Both the position numbers and the translations under genes were made by a program. The notes beneath the pieces were generated by a model. It had not been told where the DNA came from. It did no database searches and saw only the letters and a program-made list of their open reading frames with translations. Positions 1 through 9,250 of a stretch of DNA of 64,000 nt are shown here, piece after piece. Numbering within the stretch: position 1 is the stretch's first letter; the number at the start of each line of letters is the position of its first letter. Where the stretch lies: IMG/VR virus record IMGVR_UViG_3300042367_000228, positions 186,001 through 250,000 of that record; one strand, written 5' to 3'.

Positions 1-120
1 AGGAATGCTTTTTTGTTCAAGCCAACTGCGTATTTGTTGTTGTTGTTTTTCATCTTTAAAAACATACCCGTCAATAGTTGACGGACGATAAGATTCGACC
101 CATAATGATTTTGTTGCCAT
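1..120 (-). CDS. Sliding-clamp loader large subunit (RFC/T4 gp44-like), N-terminal part, runs off the window
   Basis: ATG at 120 after RBS AAGG; translation MATKSLWVESYRPSTIDGYVF contains the RFC-family LWVEKYRP motif. Confidence 0.8.
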   Translation of the reverse strand, partial: MATKSLWVESYRPSTIDGYVFKDEKQQQQIRSWLEQKSIP

Positions 121-150
121 ATTAATGCCTTTTGTTTAAGTTAAAAGTGT

Positions 151-179
151 ATTATAGAGTAAAAGACACAACATGTCAA
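151..179 (-). promoter_or_regulatory. sigma70-type early promoter
   Basis: TTGACA-17 nt-TATAAT on the - strand upstream of the clamp loader. Confidence 0.8.
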
Positions 180-198
180 ATGCTGTGTCTTCAAATGA

Positions 199-579
199 TT
201 AGTACATCGGTTGACTAAAGTCAAACTCTTGTACAGTTGATGCGTTTGATGCGCCTAAATTAATGTCTGTAGGTCGATGATCTGATACTGCTAAAATTGA
301 CTTAGTTTCAACTCGTCTAACGGTGAATACAGTATTATTATCTTCTACTTGAACACCACGTGTCCACCGTCCGTGTTCAACTAAGATCCAATCACCAATT
401 TTTACATCGTGTTGATCAGGACCGATTTTATAAACTTTACCCCAACGAGGTTTAATTCCTTCAGTTTTTCCATTATCGCTACTAACAATAATACCGCTAG
501 CGGTTACTTGTTCTTCAAAATTCATATCCGAAACAAGTACATTATCATGAATAGTTTCTAATTGTTCTGTTATAATCAT
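199..579 (-). CDS. Divergent GroES/Cpn10-like co-chaperonin
   Basis: HDNVLV..EQVTASGIIV..GKVYKIGP..VKIGDWIL pattern of Cpn10. Confidence 0.75.
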   Translation of the reverse strand: MIITEQLETIHDNVLVSDMNFEEQVTASGIIVSSDNGKTEGIKPRWGKVYKIGPDQHDVKIGDWILVEHGRWTRGVQVEDNNTVFTVRRVETKSILAVSDHRPTDINLGASNASTVQEFDFSQPMY

Positions 580-902
580 TGTTTACCTTTATAGTTGCTA
601 GGCTTTTCTGATTCTTTTACAATCGGGTCGATTAGTGTATCGACTATCGGTGCTGGCTTTATTAATGCCGGTTGCACTCTTTGTTCAACAACTGGTTCAG
701 TTACTATATGACGTTCAACTGGAATTCCAGTTGATGGAACATGTGGAATGTCTGATTGTTTACGAATAATCTGTCCACCTGGACCTAATATATCGCCCCG
801 TGCATTAATTTGCACATTACTAACTGCGACTGCAAGTTCATTTTGACTTACTAGTCTGCCCATATCAATTGTTTTACCTTTAGCTGATTTATATATTGCC
901 AT
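576..902 (-). CDS. Hypothetical protein
   Basis: 108-aa ORF, GGAG RBS, overlaps downstream gene. Confidence 0.7.
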   Translation of the reverse strand: MAIYKSAKGKTIDMGRLVSQNELAVAVSNVQINARGDILGPGGQIIRKQSDIPHVPSTGIPVERHIVTEPVVEQRVQPALIKPAPIVDTLIDPIVKESEKPSNYKGKQ

Positions 903-922
903 GTTGTTCTCCTTTATTCTAC

Positions 923-1432
923 TTATCTTAAAAAGTCACGCCAATCTAAATTATATTTAATACTGTTAATCTTATGAACGTCTAACAAATATAAAACAAA
1001 ACTAGAAACACTGGATCCTCGACCTACACCCCATATTATATTTTCTTGTAAACACGTATCTACAAAAAATTTAAGCCATTGTAGCACTCGAATCATTTTT
1101 CTTTTTTCAAATTCTAACAATTCGTCTTTTACTCTAGATTCTTCAAAAGGTGAATTACATTTTGAAATACAATAAGCGTATACATCAAAGGAATAGTATT
1201 CCGTTGGCATAAACCATAAATCTTGTGCGTTGCTATCAAACTCGTCAATTGATAAATCATATAAAGATGGATCAATTTTAGCAAAATTTAATTCTGCAAT
1301 GTTAGCAAGCTGTGAAAGTTCGTAGGTATCTTCAACTACGATATCTGATAAAGCTGTTTGATGTCCTGAGTACAAGACATCAAATATGTCAGCTTCGTTA
1401 AAAATTGGGTTTGCAAATTTATCTAATTTCAT
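923..1432 (-). CDS. Small stand-alone DNA polymerase III alpha (DnaE)-like fragment
   Basis: WGVGRGSSVSSFVLYLLDV matches the DnaE GxGRGSxxGSLVxYxLxI motif; only 169 aa. Confidence 0.7.
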   Translation of the reverse strand: MKLDKFANPIFNEADIFDVLYSGHQTALSDIVVEDTYELSQLANIAELNFAKIDPSLYDLSIDEFDSNAQDLWFMPTEYYSFDVYAYCISKCNSPFEESRVKDELLEFEKRKMIRVLQWLKFFVDTCLQENIIWGVGRGSSVSSFVLYLLDVHKINSIKYNLDWRDFLR

Positions 1433-1441
1433 GCATGTATT

Positions 1442-1672
1442 TTAACTTACATTTATTAGTTTGTCAAGTCCTTTATTCCTCGATTCCATAACTTTATTCC
1501 ATTCTTCACGTTGTCTGTTACTTAATTCTTCTTTGTAAGCATCTAACATGTTAGTAATTTGAGATTGCACTTCAAAATTTGAAGTCATAAAGTATTTTTT
1601 AGTTAAATCGTTTATTTTTGCTTCAATTTCAGCAGTTTTTAACTCTGATAAATTATATATTAGTGGATGCAT
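1442..1672 (-). CDS. Hypothetical coiled-coil protein
   Basis: 76-aa ORF in operon context. Confidence 0.65.
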   Translation of the reverse strand: MHPLIYNLSELKTAEIEAKINDLTKKYFMTSNFEVQSQITNMLDAYKEELSNRQREEWNKVMESRNKGLDKLINVS

Positions 1673-1675
1673 AAA

Positions 1676-2284
1676 TTACGGAATAGCATAACGACCTAAA
1701 TACTTCACAAATACAGTAGCACCACCGTCATAAGTATAAGCTTCAATAGCATGATATGCTGAATTGTCAATTTCAATTGCCGGAAATGACGCTTCACGGA
1801 TAACAACACCAGCATTAGCTGACGATATTGCAGTTAATTCATGTGAAGACACACCTAAACCAATTAAATGAACTCTTATAGAAGCGTAAACTCCTCTTGC
1901 GTTAACTGGCCAGTTACTAAAACGAAGAGTCGAAGCACGAGCAACTGAAAATAATTGAAAAACGCCGTTATATAATGATGCTTCGAGTATATTATCTCCA
2001 GTATCAGTTAAACTTTGTGAATAAGTAGAACGCACACCGTAAAACTTATTATATCCGCCATTTAAAATTACTCCTTCGCCTAAATCACTTGTAACTGCAG
2101 TAGCAGTGTCACCAATTGACGATTTTAATACTGCTTTATTTTGCAATTCTTCAATTTCAACCTTAGCTACTTGTAATGCAGTTTTGATTGCACCGAAGTT
2201 ATTTCGAAAACCGGCACTATCATTGTCTTGCCCTGCAACCGGATAAAGGGCGTTGATTGTTGTTGTTGTTATATCACTACTCAT
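1676..2284 (-). CDS. Putative virion structural protein
   Basis: N-terminal YPVAGQDNDSAGFRNNF plus coiled coil, typical of baseplate/tail-associated proteins; follows baseplate-like gene. Confidence 0.55.
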   Translation of the reverse strand: MSSDITTTTINALYPVAGQDNDSAGFRNNFGAIKTALQVAKVEIEELQNKAVLKSSIGDTATAVTSDLGEGVILNGGYNKFYGVRSTYSQSLTDTGDNILEASLYNGVFQLFSVARASTLRFSNWPVNARGVYASIRVHLIGLGVSSHELTAISSANAGVVIREASFPAIEIDNSAYHAIEAYTYDGGATVFVKYLGRYAIP

Positions 2285-4914
2285 TGGAGGTTCCTATTAT
2301 TAAATACAATATATTTATCGGAATCTTCACCGATAATTTTGTTTATTATAAATCTGTCAACTGTATAATCTACCAGTTTAAAATCAAAATTGCTATTTTT
2401 AATGTTTAGCATAACAGTATCTGCACTTCCTACTTTACAAAAACATAAAGGAACTGCTAATATAAATCCTAGTTCCATTCTAGAATCAGATTGGACAGAT
2501 CTCATCCATAATGGAAGATAATCCCATTTTATTTCTCCTAGATTTGAAATTTGAGATCGCCACGAGTTAACGTTATTTTTATTAGATGATGTTTGATACA
2601 TTAACGGGTCAATCATTTTAATGTATATTACTTCGTACACTGGAGTTTTAGTTCCTGGAAGATATGCGGTTGCTTTGTATACATCTTCAAATTGAAACCG
2701 TTTAATAGAATTATTAGTTAATGAACTATAATCTGATAATAATTTTGTTTCAATACCGGCATAAATTAACATTGATAACGAATCCTGAACTCCAAATGAA
2801 GTATCGTATGGTCGATATATCGATGATGATGTAAAAATATCCAAGTTGTTAATAAATTTAGACCAGATATCTCTATGAGTTAGTGTCATAAAAGGTTTAA
2901 CGTATATATTACTGTAATTAAGCTTATTTGGAGTATCAACTGTTATTAAAAACTCACGATTTGAAATTCCTAGTTGATATTGATCAGATGCGGCAACTGT
3001 AAATTTATACACTCGGTCGATTGTAGTAGTGTTGTTATCAAATGTAGTATATTGAGGTAACCGTAAGTCAAATGTTAACAGTCCGACTTTTTTAATTGTA
3101 TCATTAAATGTTGTAAAATATGCCGGTGTAAATGTTGTTAGATTATTATCAAAAATTCGTAACTCTGTTACATTGATTTCAGTTGTATCGTAAAATCTAG
3201 TTAGTAACGTATCTGCTTTTAAAATAGATGTTCCGAATGTTGTAAGGCTTGAATCAAATACGCAGTTATTATTATCAAATGACACATAGTGTATTAATGG
3301 ATTAGAGTCAAATACTGTAGTGTAATTATCAAAGCTAAGATGATTAGAATATTGAGATATCGTTCCGGTAATTTCACCGTCGTATTCTAATTTTAATCCA
3401 GGTGGTAATTTCCCATCAACTATCGTATAAACAACAATTGCATTAGAAAGAGTGGTAGTTGCGTTAATACTTAACACCGAGCTGTATCCTGCATTAATAC
3501 GTCCTAAGTCAGTTGCGGTGCTCCATTGGATGACACTGTCGATTTCACCAATTATATCAACAGTAAACACACGAGAAACACTATTAGTTTCGTCTGTATC
3601 GTTATCTCCAATTCGAATTGCTGTTACTGTAAAGTTGTAAGTATTTGTAATAGCTGATTGTGCAGGAACTCTTCCAAATACATCACCGGTGATACTATCA
3701 AAACTCATCCCTAACGGAAGTTCGCTTTTTGTTCCAATAAAGAATCTAGTACCATTAGCAATATTAACATCTAATGGAGACGACATGGTCAATGTGTATT
3801 CAGTTGAATTGCTTATTGATACTTGAGTGACCTGATTGTATATATTAGACCCGTTAAATTTTATATAATGGCCGACTTGTGGCGCCTTAGTAGTCGATGT
3901 AGTTGATACTGTGTAACTACCAATTCGATTGTCTTGTAACGTTTTTCGATTAGCAATTGCAATTGAATTTGCGTTGACTAATTCTAATTTGTAATATATT
4001 AGCTTAGTATCAAATACATCTAATACAAATGTAAGGTAATTGTTAGCGCGATGTGTTCCTAGATTAGACGGAGTAATCCAAACTGGCTGTTGATTATAGG
4101 TTACGTCTGCTGTAAAGATATTCGAGTTTGAAATTAACGATTCTGAATCAGCTCTAAAATACATTGGATTAATAACATATAATTGAAACTTGCGGTAAGG
4201 CGGAGATAATGTATCACCGTCTGTAACTGCAACTACAAAATCGTAAATTCTATTAAGAGCTCTAGGCTGAGATATAGTAAAATAATCATATCCAAGACCT
4301 GCATAATCATACTTTAAAACATCGTACCCATTTTGTGCTTGTGGGCTTGCAAAATCGTATGGTCCGACACCATAAAAACCGTGATCATATGATCCGTTTC
4401 CTTCTTCAAGCCGTAATGTTGTTACTGAATTAACTTCACCATAAATCACTCCGTCAGGTGTAAGCGATAACCCAGGCGGCAATACTCCTTCTGTTATAAA
4501 ATAAGTTAATGATTGTCCAGCAAGCGTATCAGTATCTATTGCGGTTAGTTGATAGTTAACAACTGAGTTATCAACTACAAATAATTGTTGGTAAGGTCCA
4601 ACGTCTAATAACCCTGTAGGTGTTAAAATTACTGGCGCGTCTGCACCGCTAACAGTAATAGTAAATGTTCTGTCAGCAATTTGATTATTCTTAGTTGCTC
4701 TGATACAGAAAGAAAAATCAGTATCTCGAGCAACTTCAAATGGCGACCCGAGTATATAATCGTTATATAACCATAATCCGCCAGGGAGCTTTCCAGAAAT
4801 AACTGAATATTTGACCTCGTTATCGGGATTAACAGGTAGTTGTAAATTAAAATTAGAGCCTTCTTGGAATATACCAAGAGACCCGGATGGTTGTGTCCAA
4901 ACAGTTAGTGCCAT
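2281..4914 (-). CDS. Baseplate wedge-like protein with repeated Ig-like (LPPGLxL) domains
   Basis: 877 aa; repeated GxLPxGLxL motifs and FDNNxTTFD repeats; late-promoter-like TATAAATA upstream. Confidence 0.6.
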   Translation of the reverse strand: MALTVWTQPSGSLGIFQEGSNFNLQLPVNPDNEVKYSVISGKLPGGLWLYNDYILGSPFEVARDTDFSFCIRATKNNQIADRTFTITVSGADAPVILTPTGLLDVGPYQQLFVVDNSVVNYQLTAIDTDTLAGQSLTYFITEGVLPPGLSLTPDGVIYGEVNSVTTLRLEEGNGSYDHGFYGVGPYDFASPQAQNGYDVLKYDYAGLGYDYFTISQPRALNRIYDFVVAVTDGDTLSPPYRKFQLYVINPMYFRADSESLISNSNIFTADVTYNQQPVWITPSNLGTHRANNYLTFVLDVFDTKLIYYKLELVNANSIAIANRKTLQDNRIGSYTVSTTSTTKAPQVGHYIKFNGSNIYNQVTQVSISNSTEYTLTMSSPLDVNIANGTRFFIGTKSELPLGMSFDSITGDVFGRVPAQSAITNTYNFTVTAIRIGDNDTDETNSVSRVFTVDIIGEIDSVIQWSTATDLGRINAGYSSVLSINATTTLSNAIVVYTIVDGKLPPGLKLEYDGEITGTISQYSNHLSFDNYTTVFDSNPLIHYVSFDNNNCVFDSSLTTFGTSILKADTLLTRFYDTTEINVTELRIFDNNLTTFTPAYFTTFNDTIKKVGLLTFDLRLPQYTTFDNNTTTIDRVYKFTVAASDQYQLGISNREFLITVDTPNKLNYSNIYVKPFMTLTHRDIWSKFINNLDIFTSSSIYRPYDTSFGVQDSLSMLIYAGIETKLLSDYSSLTNNSIKRFQFEDVYKATAYLPGTKTPVYEVIYIKMIDPLMYQTSSNKNNVNSWRSQISNLGEIKWDYLPLWMRSVQSDSRMELGFILAVPLCFCKVGSADTVMLNIKNSNFDFKLVDYTVDRFIINKIIGEDSDKYIVFNNRNLQ

Positions 4915-5000
4915 ATTTGTTCTCGTTTGCAGTATTTATAAGATTTCTGTGTGTCTGCTACTCGCCGTAATTATGATAAATATTAAAAAGAGACTTAATT

Positions 5001-6458
5001 ATGACACATTTATTTACTATTCAAGACAATACCGTTGTTATTGACAATTTAGTTGTTTCGCAGATTAATAGCGATATTACTATTAATGGAACTACCATAG
5101 CAAACGGTTCGGTTAAGATTACCGGTGATTTACAAACTGCTAATATTACAGCAGGAACTTTAAGAGTTAAGGAGTTAATTTCCGAAACTACTGAGTTTGG
5201 AAATTGGTCAGCAGCAACATTTAATGAACTTAATGGTAAAGGTATTACATGGACTTGCGACGAAGGCAACACTCAATTAATATATCGAACAGGTAATCGT
5301 ATTTGGACTTCAAGTAATGTTGATATTGCAGCCGAATCAACTTACATGATCGATAGCATTCCGGTGTTAAGTTCGACCACATTAGGACAAAGTATTACTA
5401 GAAGTAATCTTAGACAAGTCGGTGCGTTAACTGCATTATCAGTTATTGGCGCAGCATCGATAGGCGGATTTGCATACTTTGATAATAATACAAACCGATT
5501 TGGATTAGGTACATCAGAGCCAAACGCGTCAATTAGCATTGTTGATAACAATGTTGAAATTTCATTAGGAAGTCCTGCATATAATTTAGCAACTGTTGGA
5601 ACATATTCAAATCATGATTTTGCTATTATTACTGATAATACCGCTCGCATAACTGTAAAACAATCAGGTGAGGTTCATATTAGTGATGCAATTAGTAAGT
5701 CTGGAATTTTGCGAGTATATGGTTCAATATATGCAGATGAAATTGTTACAGATACAAGAGTTGCACGTACTTCGTCGTTAGAATTTAACGAAACTAGAGC
5801 AGATAGTATATACAATAAAGGTCTAGTATGGAAAACTGAAACTAGTACAAGACAACTATTGTTAATCAACAACCCGTCTAGAATATGGTCAAGTGAATCA
5901 TTTGATTTAGCTGCAGACAAATCATATTATATTAATGGTAGAGAAGTTATTACACAAACGGCATTAGGCGATACTATATTAAATTCTAGTTTAGAAACTG
6001 TTGGTATTTTAAAAGATTTAACAGTCGATGGCAATATAACAGTAAATGGTAACTTAAATTTAAATAATCCATTAGTTGTTAACTCTTTAGATTTAAATGA
6101 ATTAACATCAGCTAGCTCTATATCAATTAAAGCTGCAGAAACTGATGTATTTTATGCAAACGAATCTGAAATAATTGTTGGTTCAAAACAACAAAGTCGT
6201 CGTCCATTTAAAGTATTTGGGTCAGTATCTATCGGAATTACTAATCCGGATCCGTCAGTTAGTTTAGCTGTAAATGGAGATGTTAGTTTTAATAATAAAA
6301 GATTTATGAATGGTGTGGGAATACCGGTTACTGGTTCGTATGTAAAAGGAGATATCATATGGAGTGAAAATCCAGTAGAAGATGGTTATGTAGGTTGGGT
6401 TTGTATCCGCAGTGGCGCCCCAGGTGAATGGAGACCGTTTGGTGCTTTAGGAGCATGA
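5001..6458 (+). CDS. Structural/tail-fibre-like protein
   Basis: 485 aa, beta-rich internal repeat, GxGTSEP/IGITNP fibre motifs, C-terminal GWVCxxSGxPGEW; ATAAATA upstream. Confidence 0.55.
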   Translation: MTHLFTIQDNTVVIDNLVVSQINSDITINGTTIANGSVKITGDLQTANITAGTLRVKELISETTEFGNWSAATFNELNGKGITWTCDEGNTQLIYRTGNRIWTSSNVDIAAESTYMIDSIPVLSSTTLGQSITRSNLRQVGALTALSVIGAASIGGFAYFDNNTNRFGLGTSEPNASISIVDNNVEISLGSPAYNLATVGTYSNHDFAIITDNTARITVKQSGEVHISDAISKSGILRVYGSIYADEIVTDTRVARTSSLEFNETRADSIYNKGLVWKTETSTRQLLLINNPSRIWSSESFDLAADKSYYINGREVITQTALGDTILNSSLETVGILKDLTVDGNITVNGNLNLNNPLVVNSLDLNELTSASSISIKAAETDVFYANESEIIVGSKQQSRRPFKVFGSVSIGITNPDPSVSLAVNGDVSFNNKRFMNGVGIPVTGSYVKGDIIWSENPVEDGYVGWVCIRSGAPGEWRPFGALGA

Positions 6459-6850
6459 TAGAATATGATAACAGAATTAAAATAAAAGATCACACCAACA
6501 AGTTAGAGACGATTTATAAACAACGCAGGATGTGGTTATATTCTAGTTCACTAGTGTATACCGCTGTTATATTTTTAATTTTTGGGTGGAATTATTTAGA
6601 TGCTATGCATGATAGTAAAATTTGGTGGGTTGTTATTTCATTAAGTTTACTAATTAGTGTAAATTGGTGGTATTGGACAATGAAGTCATTATCAGAGTTA
6701 GCGAGTAGCATTGATAGTGAATACAAAATATTGTCTGATATAACAGATAGCATAGAACAGGTAAAGATAATATTAAAATGTAGAGAAGATAACAACACAA
6801 TTTGTAACAAATGTCCTGTTGTCGGTGGTTGTTCTAATAACAAGAAGTAG
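6455..6850 (+). CDS. Two-TM membrane protein with C-terminal Cys cluster
   Basis: Two hydrophobic segments; ATG at 6455 overlaps upstream stop (ATGA) with GGAG RBS. Confidence 0.6.
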   Translation: MIEYDNRIKIKDHTNKLETIYKQRRMWLYSSSLVYTAVIFLIFGWNYLDAMHDSKIWWVVISLSLLISVNWWYWTMKSLSELASSIDSEYKILSDITDSIEQVKIILKCREDNNTICNKCPVVGGCSNNKK

Positions 6851-6879
6851 TTGACTTCTTGAAGCAATGATTATATAAT
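6851..6879 (+). promoter_or_regulatory. sigma70-type promoter for queD
   Basis: TTGACT-17 nt-TATAAT. Confidence 0.7.
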
Positions 6880-6906
6880 ATAGCTTTTTAATAGACAGGC
6901 AATTAT

Positions 6907-7440
6907 ATGAAATGGGAAATAGATAAAGAGTTTCATTTTGAAATGGGACACAGAGTATGGGCACAAAAATTAAATCATGTTGAGTTAAGTATTTCAACTG
7001 ACTGTGCCTGCAAGCATTTACACGGACACAGCTATTCAATTAAAGTATTTTTAGGTTCTGATACGTTAGATCATTCAGAAATGGTTACAGACTTTAAGAA
7101 TTTAAACTTTATGAAACAATTTGTAGATGATGTGTTAGATCATAAGTTTATGATTGATATCAATGATCCAAACTTTAAGTTAATTACAGGTAACGAATGG
7201 AGCAAAGCCAAACACCCATTTGCAAACTTTACTAACTTAGGAAGTTACAACTGGGTTGGATTAACTGAAGGTGAACAATTACATTATAACAGTTTTGTAC
7301 TAGTAGATTTTGTACCAACTAGTGAAAACATTTGTAAGTATTTGTTTGAATATGCTCAATCACGTATAGGTGATGTAGCAAAGGTTACTGCAGTTGAGCT
7401 GTGGGAAACTCGCAAAAGCCATTGTAGATATACAGGATAA
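6907..7440 (+). CDS. queD: 6-carboxytetrahydropterin synthase (QueD/PTPS family)
   Basis: FEMGHRV, CKHLHGHSY, DFKNL, LDHKF, PTSENI, LWET motifs. Confidence 0.88.
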   Translation: MKWEIDKEFHFEMGHRVWAQKLNHVELSISTDCACKHLHGHSYSIKVFLGSDTLDHSEMVTDFKNLNFMKQFVDDVLDHKFMIDINDPNFKLITGNEWSKAKHPFANFTNLGSYNWVGLTEGEQLHYNSFVLVDFVPTSENICKYLFEYAQSRIGDVAKVTAVELWETRKSHCRYTG

Positions 7441-7441
7441 G

Positions 7442-7469
7442 AAAAAAGGCAGCGTAAGCTGCCTTTTTT
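7442..7469. terminator. Bidirectional intrinsic terminator
   Basis: AAAAAAGGCAGC-GTAA-GCTGCCTTTTTT between convergent queD and uvsE. Confidence 0.85.
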
Positions 7470-7474
7470 ATTGA

Positions 7475-8470
7475 TTACATAAATTCTTCTTTAAACTGGT
7501 CAAACAGTTCAAATGATGCTAGGTTCTTAGCTTTAGATTCCGCCATCATGTTACCCCATTCAAGATGTGTTAGTGCCCATCTGTTAATATCTTTATTTGT
7601 ATAAAAATCACTATGAGCTCGTAATTTACTTTTAGAAGTAGATTCAAGTAATGTTTCCATAGTTGTCATACCAGTACGAGGTATTAATTCTGATTTTGAT
7701 TGACTGTAATGGAATGTTGGTCTAACACCTTGCCAACTTTCAAGTACACCTTGTATTCTAGGATCAGATGCTTTTATATATTCGCCTGTTTTAATAAAAT
7801 GATGATGTATATCAAGCACGATACCAACCTTGTCTTTCAAAGCTAACAACTCATCTAACCCTTGTTGGTACTCGTCGTTCTCTAATGTTAAGCAGTTACG
7901 CAGTTCTGGACTCATTCGTTGCCATGCAGCATCAAAACCTGCTATACCACGTCTACCACTAACATGTACATTAATCTTAAAATCTAATTTAGACTGACCG
8001 AATCCCATAAATCTTGCCATGTCAGCGTGATATTCAAGTTCTTCCAAAGATCTAGTAATGACATCATCTCTGTCGCTAGCAATGCACACAAACTGACCAG
8101 GATGAAAACTGAGACGAATATTAGAATCTTTAGCATATTGTCCAATCTTAGATAAGTTTTGTTCGATAATTTTGATTCTTGATGGTTCTTGCCAAAAGCT
8201 GCGATATAAATCATGAGTATACATTGGAATAACATCAGACCCGATACGAACCATACGTAAATGTTCATCTAAAGTACCTACCTTTCTAATAAGATTAGAA
8301 GTTGCTGTGAGATTTTGCATAGCAATTTCCCACAGCTTTTTTTCTGCTACTTGTTTAGATTGACGACCTAGCCATGCAACTGTAGTTGCTCCCATGTTTA
8401 ATTCTTTAACATTTTCAAACCCGGTTTTAGTGCTGTCAACATACTTGCAAGCAAAGCCGATTTTTTTCAC
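7475..8470 (-). CDS. uvsE: UV-damage endonuclease (UvsE/UvdE)
   Basis: IGFACK, RIGSD, RLSFHPGQF, LENDE, LDIHHH, HYSQ, AHSDF, ESKAK motifs. Confidence 0.9.
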   Translation of the reverse strand: MKKIGFACKYVDSTKTGFENVKELNMGATTVAWLGRQSKQVAEKKLWEIAMQNLTATSNLIRKVGTLDEHLRMVRIGSDVIPMYTHDLYRSFWQEPSRIKIIEQNLSKIGQYAKDSNIRLSFHPGQFVCIASDRDDVITRSLEELEYHADMARFMGFGQSKLDFKINVHVSGRRGIAGFDAAWQRMSPELRNCLTLENDEYQQGLDELLALKDKVGIVLDIHHHFIKTGEYIKASDPRIQGVLESWQGVRPTFHYSQSKSELIPRTGMTTMETLLESTSKSKLRAHSDFYTNKDINRWALTHLEWGNMMAESKAKNLASFELFDQFKEEFM

Positions 8471-8531
8471 AGTAGCACCTCGTAGTTATTATAAAGTAGT
8501 ATAATAACATAATTGTGCAAATATTACAATA

Positions 8532-8861
8532 TTATACTTTGTCTTTCTTAGGACGACCTTTTTTCTTAACCGGTAACGGTTGAACAAGTTGAACAATCTT
8601 TGCAGGTTCGGCTTTTTCTGTAGGTTTTTTAGCAGCGGGTTTTTTAGTAGCAGGTTTAACACCTTTAGCTACAACTGGAGCTTCTACTGGTTTAACTTCT
8701 GTTAATTTAGTCACTTTTGGTTTAGCTTTTTTTGGTTTTACCTCTGCTAAAGCAACTTCTTTAATAACAATACTTTCATTGATGTCGGTATGCACTAGTA
8801 CTGGAGTAGATTGGTCTTCAGTAGTCTTTCTTTTAAATAACGATTTGATAAATTCAAACAT
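8532..8861 (-). CDS. Lys/Pro/Ala-rich basic protein (histone H1-like tail)
   Basis: KPATKKPAAKKP composition; C-terminal KKKGRPKK AT-hook-like motif. Confidence 0.6.
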   Translation of the reverse strand: MFEFIKSLFKRKTTEDQSTPVLVHTDINESIVIKEVALAEVKPKKAKPKVTKLTEVKPVEAPVVAKGVKPATKKPAAKKPTEKAEPAKIVQLVQPLPVKKKGRPKKDKV

Positions 8862-8880
8862 AAAATCTCCTTTCCCATAT

Positions 8881-9168
8881 TTATAATTGGTCTAATGTCT
8901 TTAAACTACTAACTGGCATTTCCCATATTTTTCTACGTTCAACACCTTTGGATTGTGCAAATTGTTTAGCATTACATTTACTACAAACATGATAAAATTG
9001 ATTAGTTAATCTTGCTGGATCCATTGATCCTTTATCACGATTAAATATCCGATTACAATTGTCGCACCTTAATACGATTACAGTTTTTTTTCGAAAGTAA
9101 GTGTGAGATTTTCCATATTTACTAATCCTTGTATACTCAGTAGTAACATATTCTGTAGAAATAATCAT
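8881..9168 (-). CDS. Small zinc-binding hypothetical protein
   Basis: CDNC...CSKC. Confidence 0.6.
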   Translation of the reverse strand: MIISTEYVTTEYTRISKYGKSHTYFRKKTVIVLRCDNCNRIFNRDKGSMDPARLTNQFYHVCSKCNAKQFAQSKGVERRKIWEMPVSSLKTLDQL

Positions 9169-9250
9169 ACAGTATTTACGTTAAGATTATAAAATTTATT
9201 TGATAAATACCGTATCAAACAACATTCTCACAAAAGGGGTGACACGTAAT

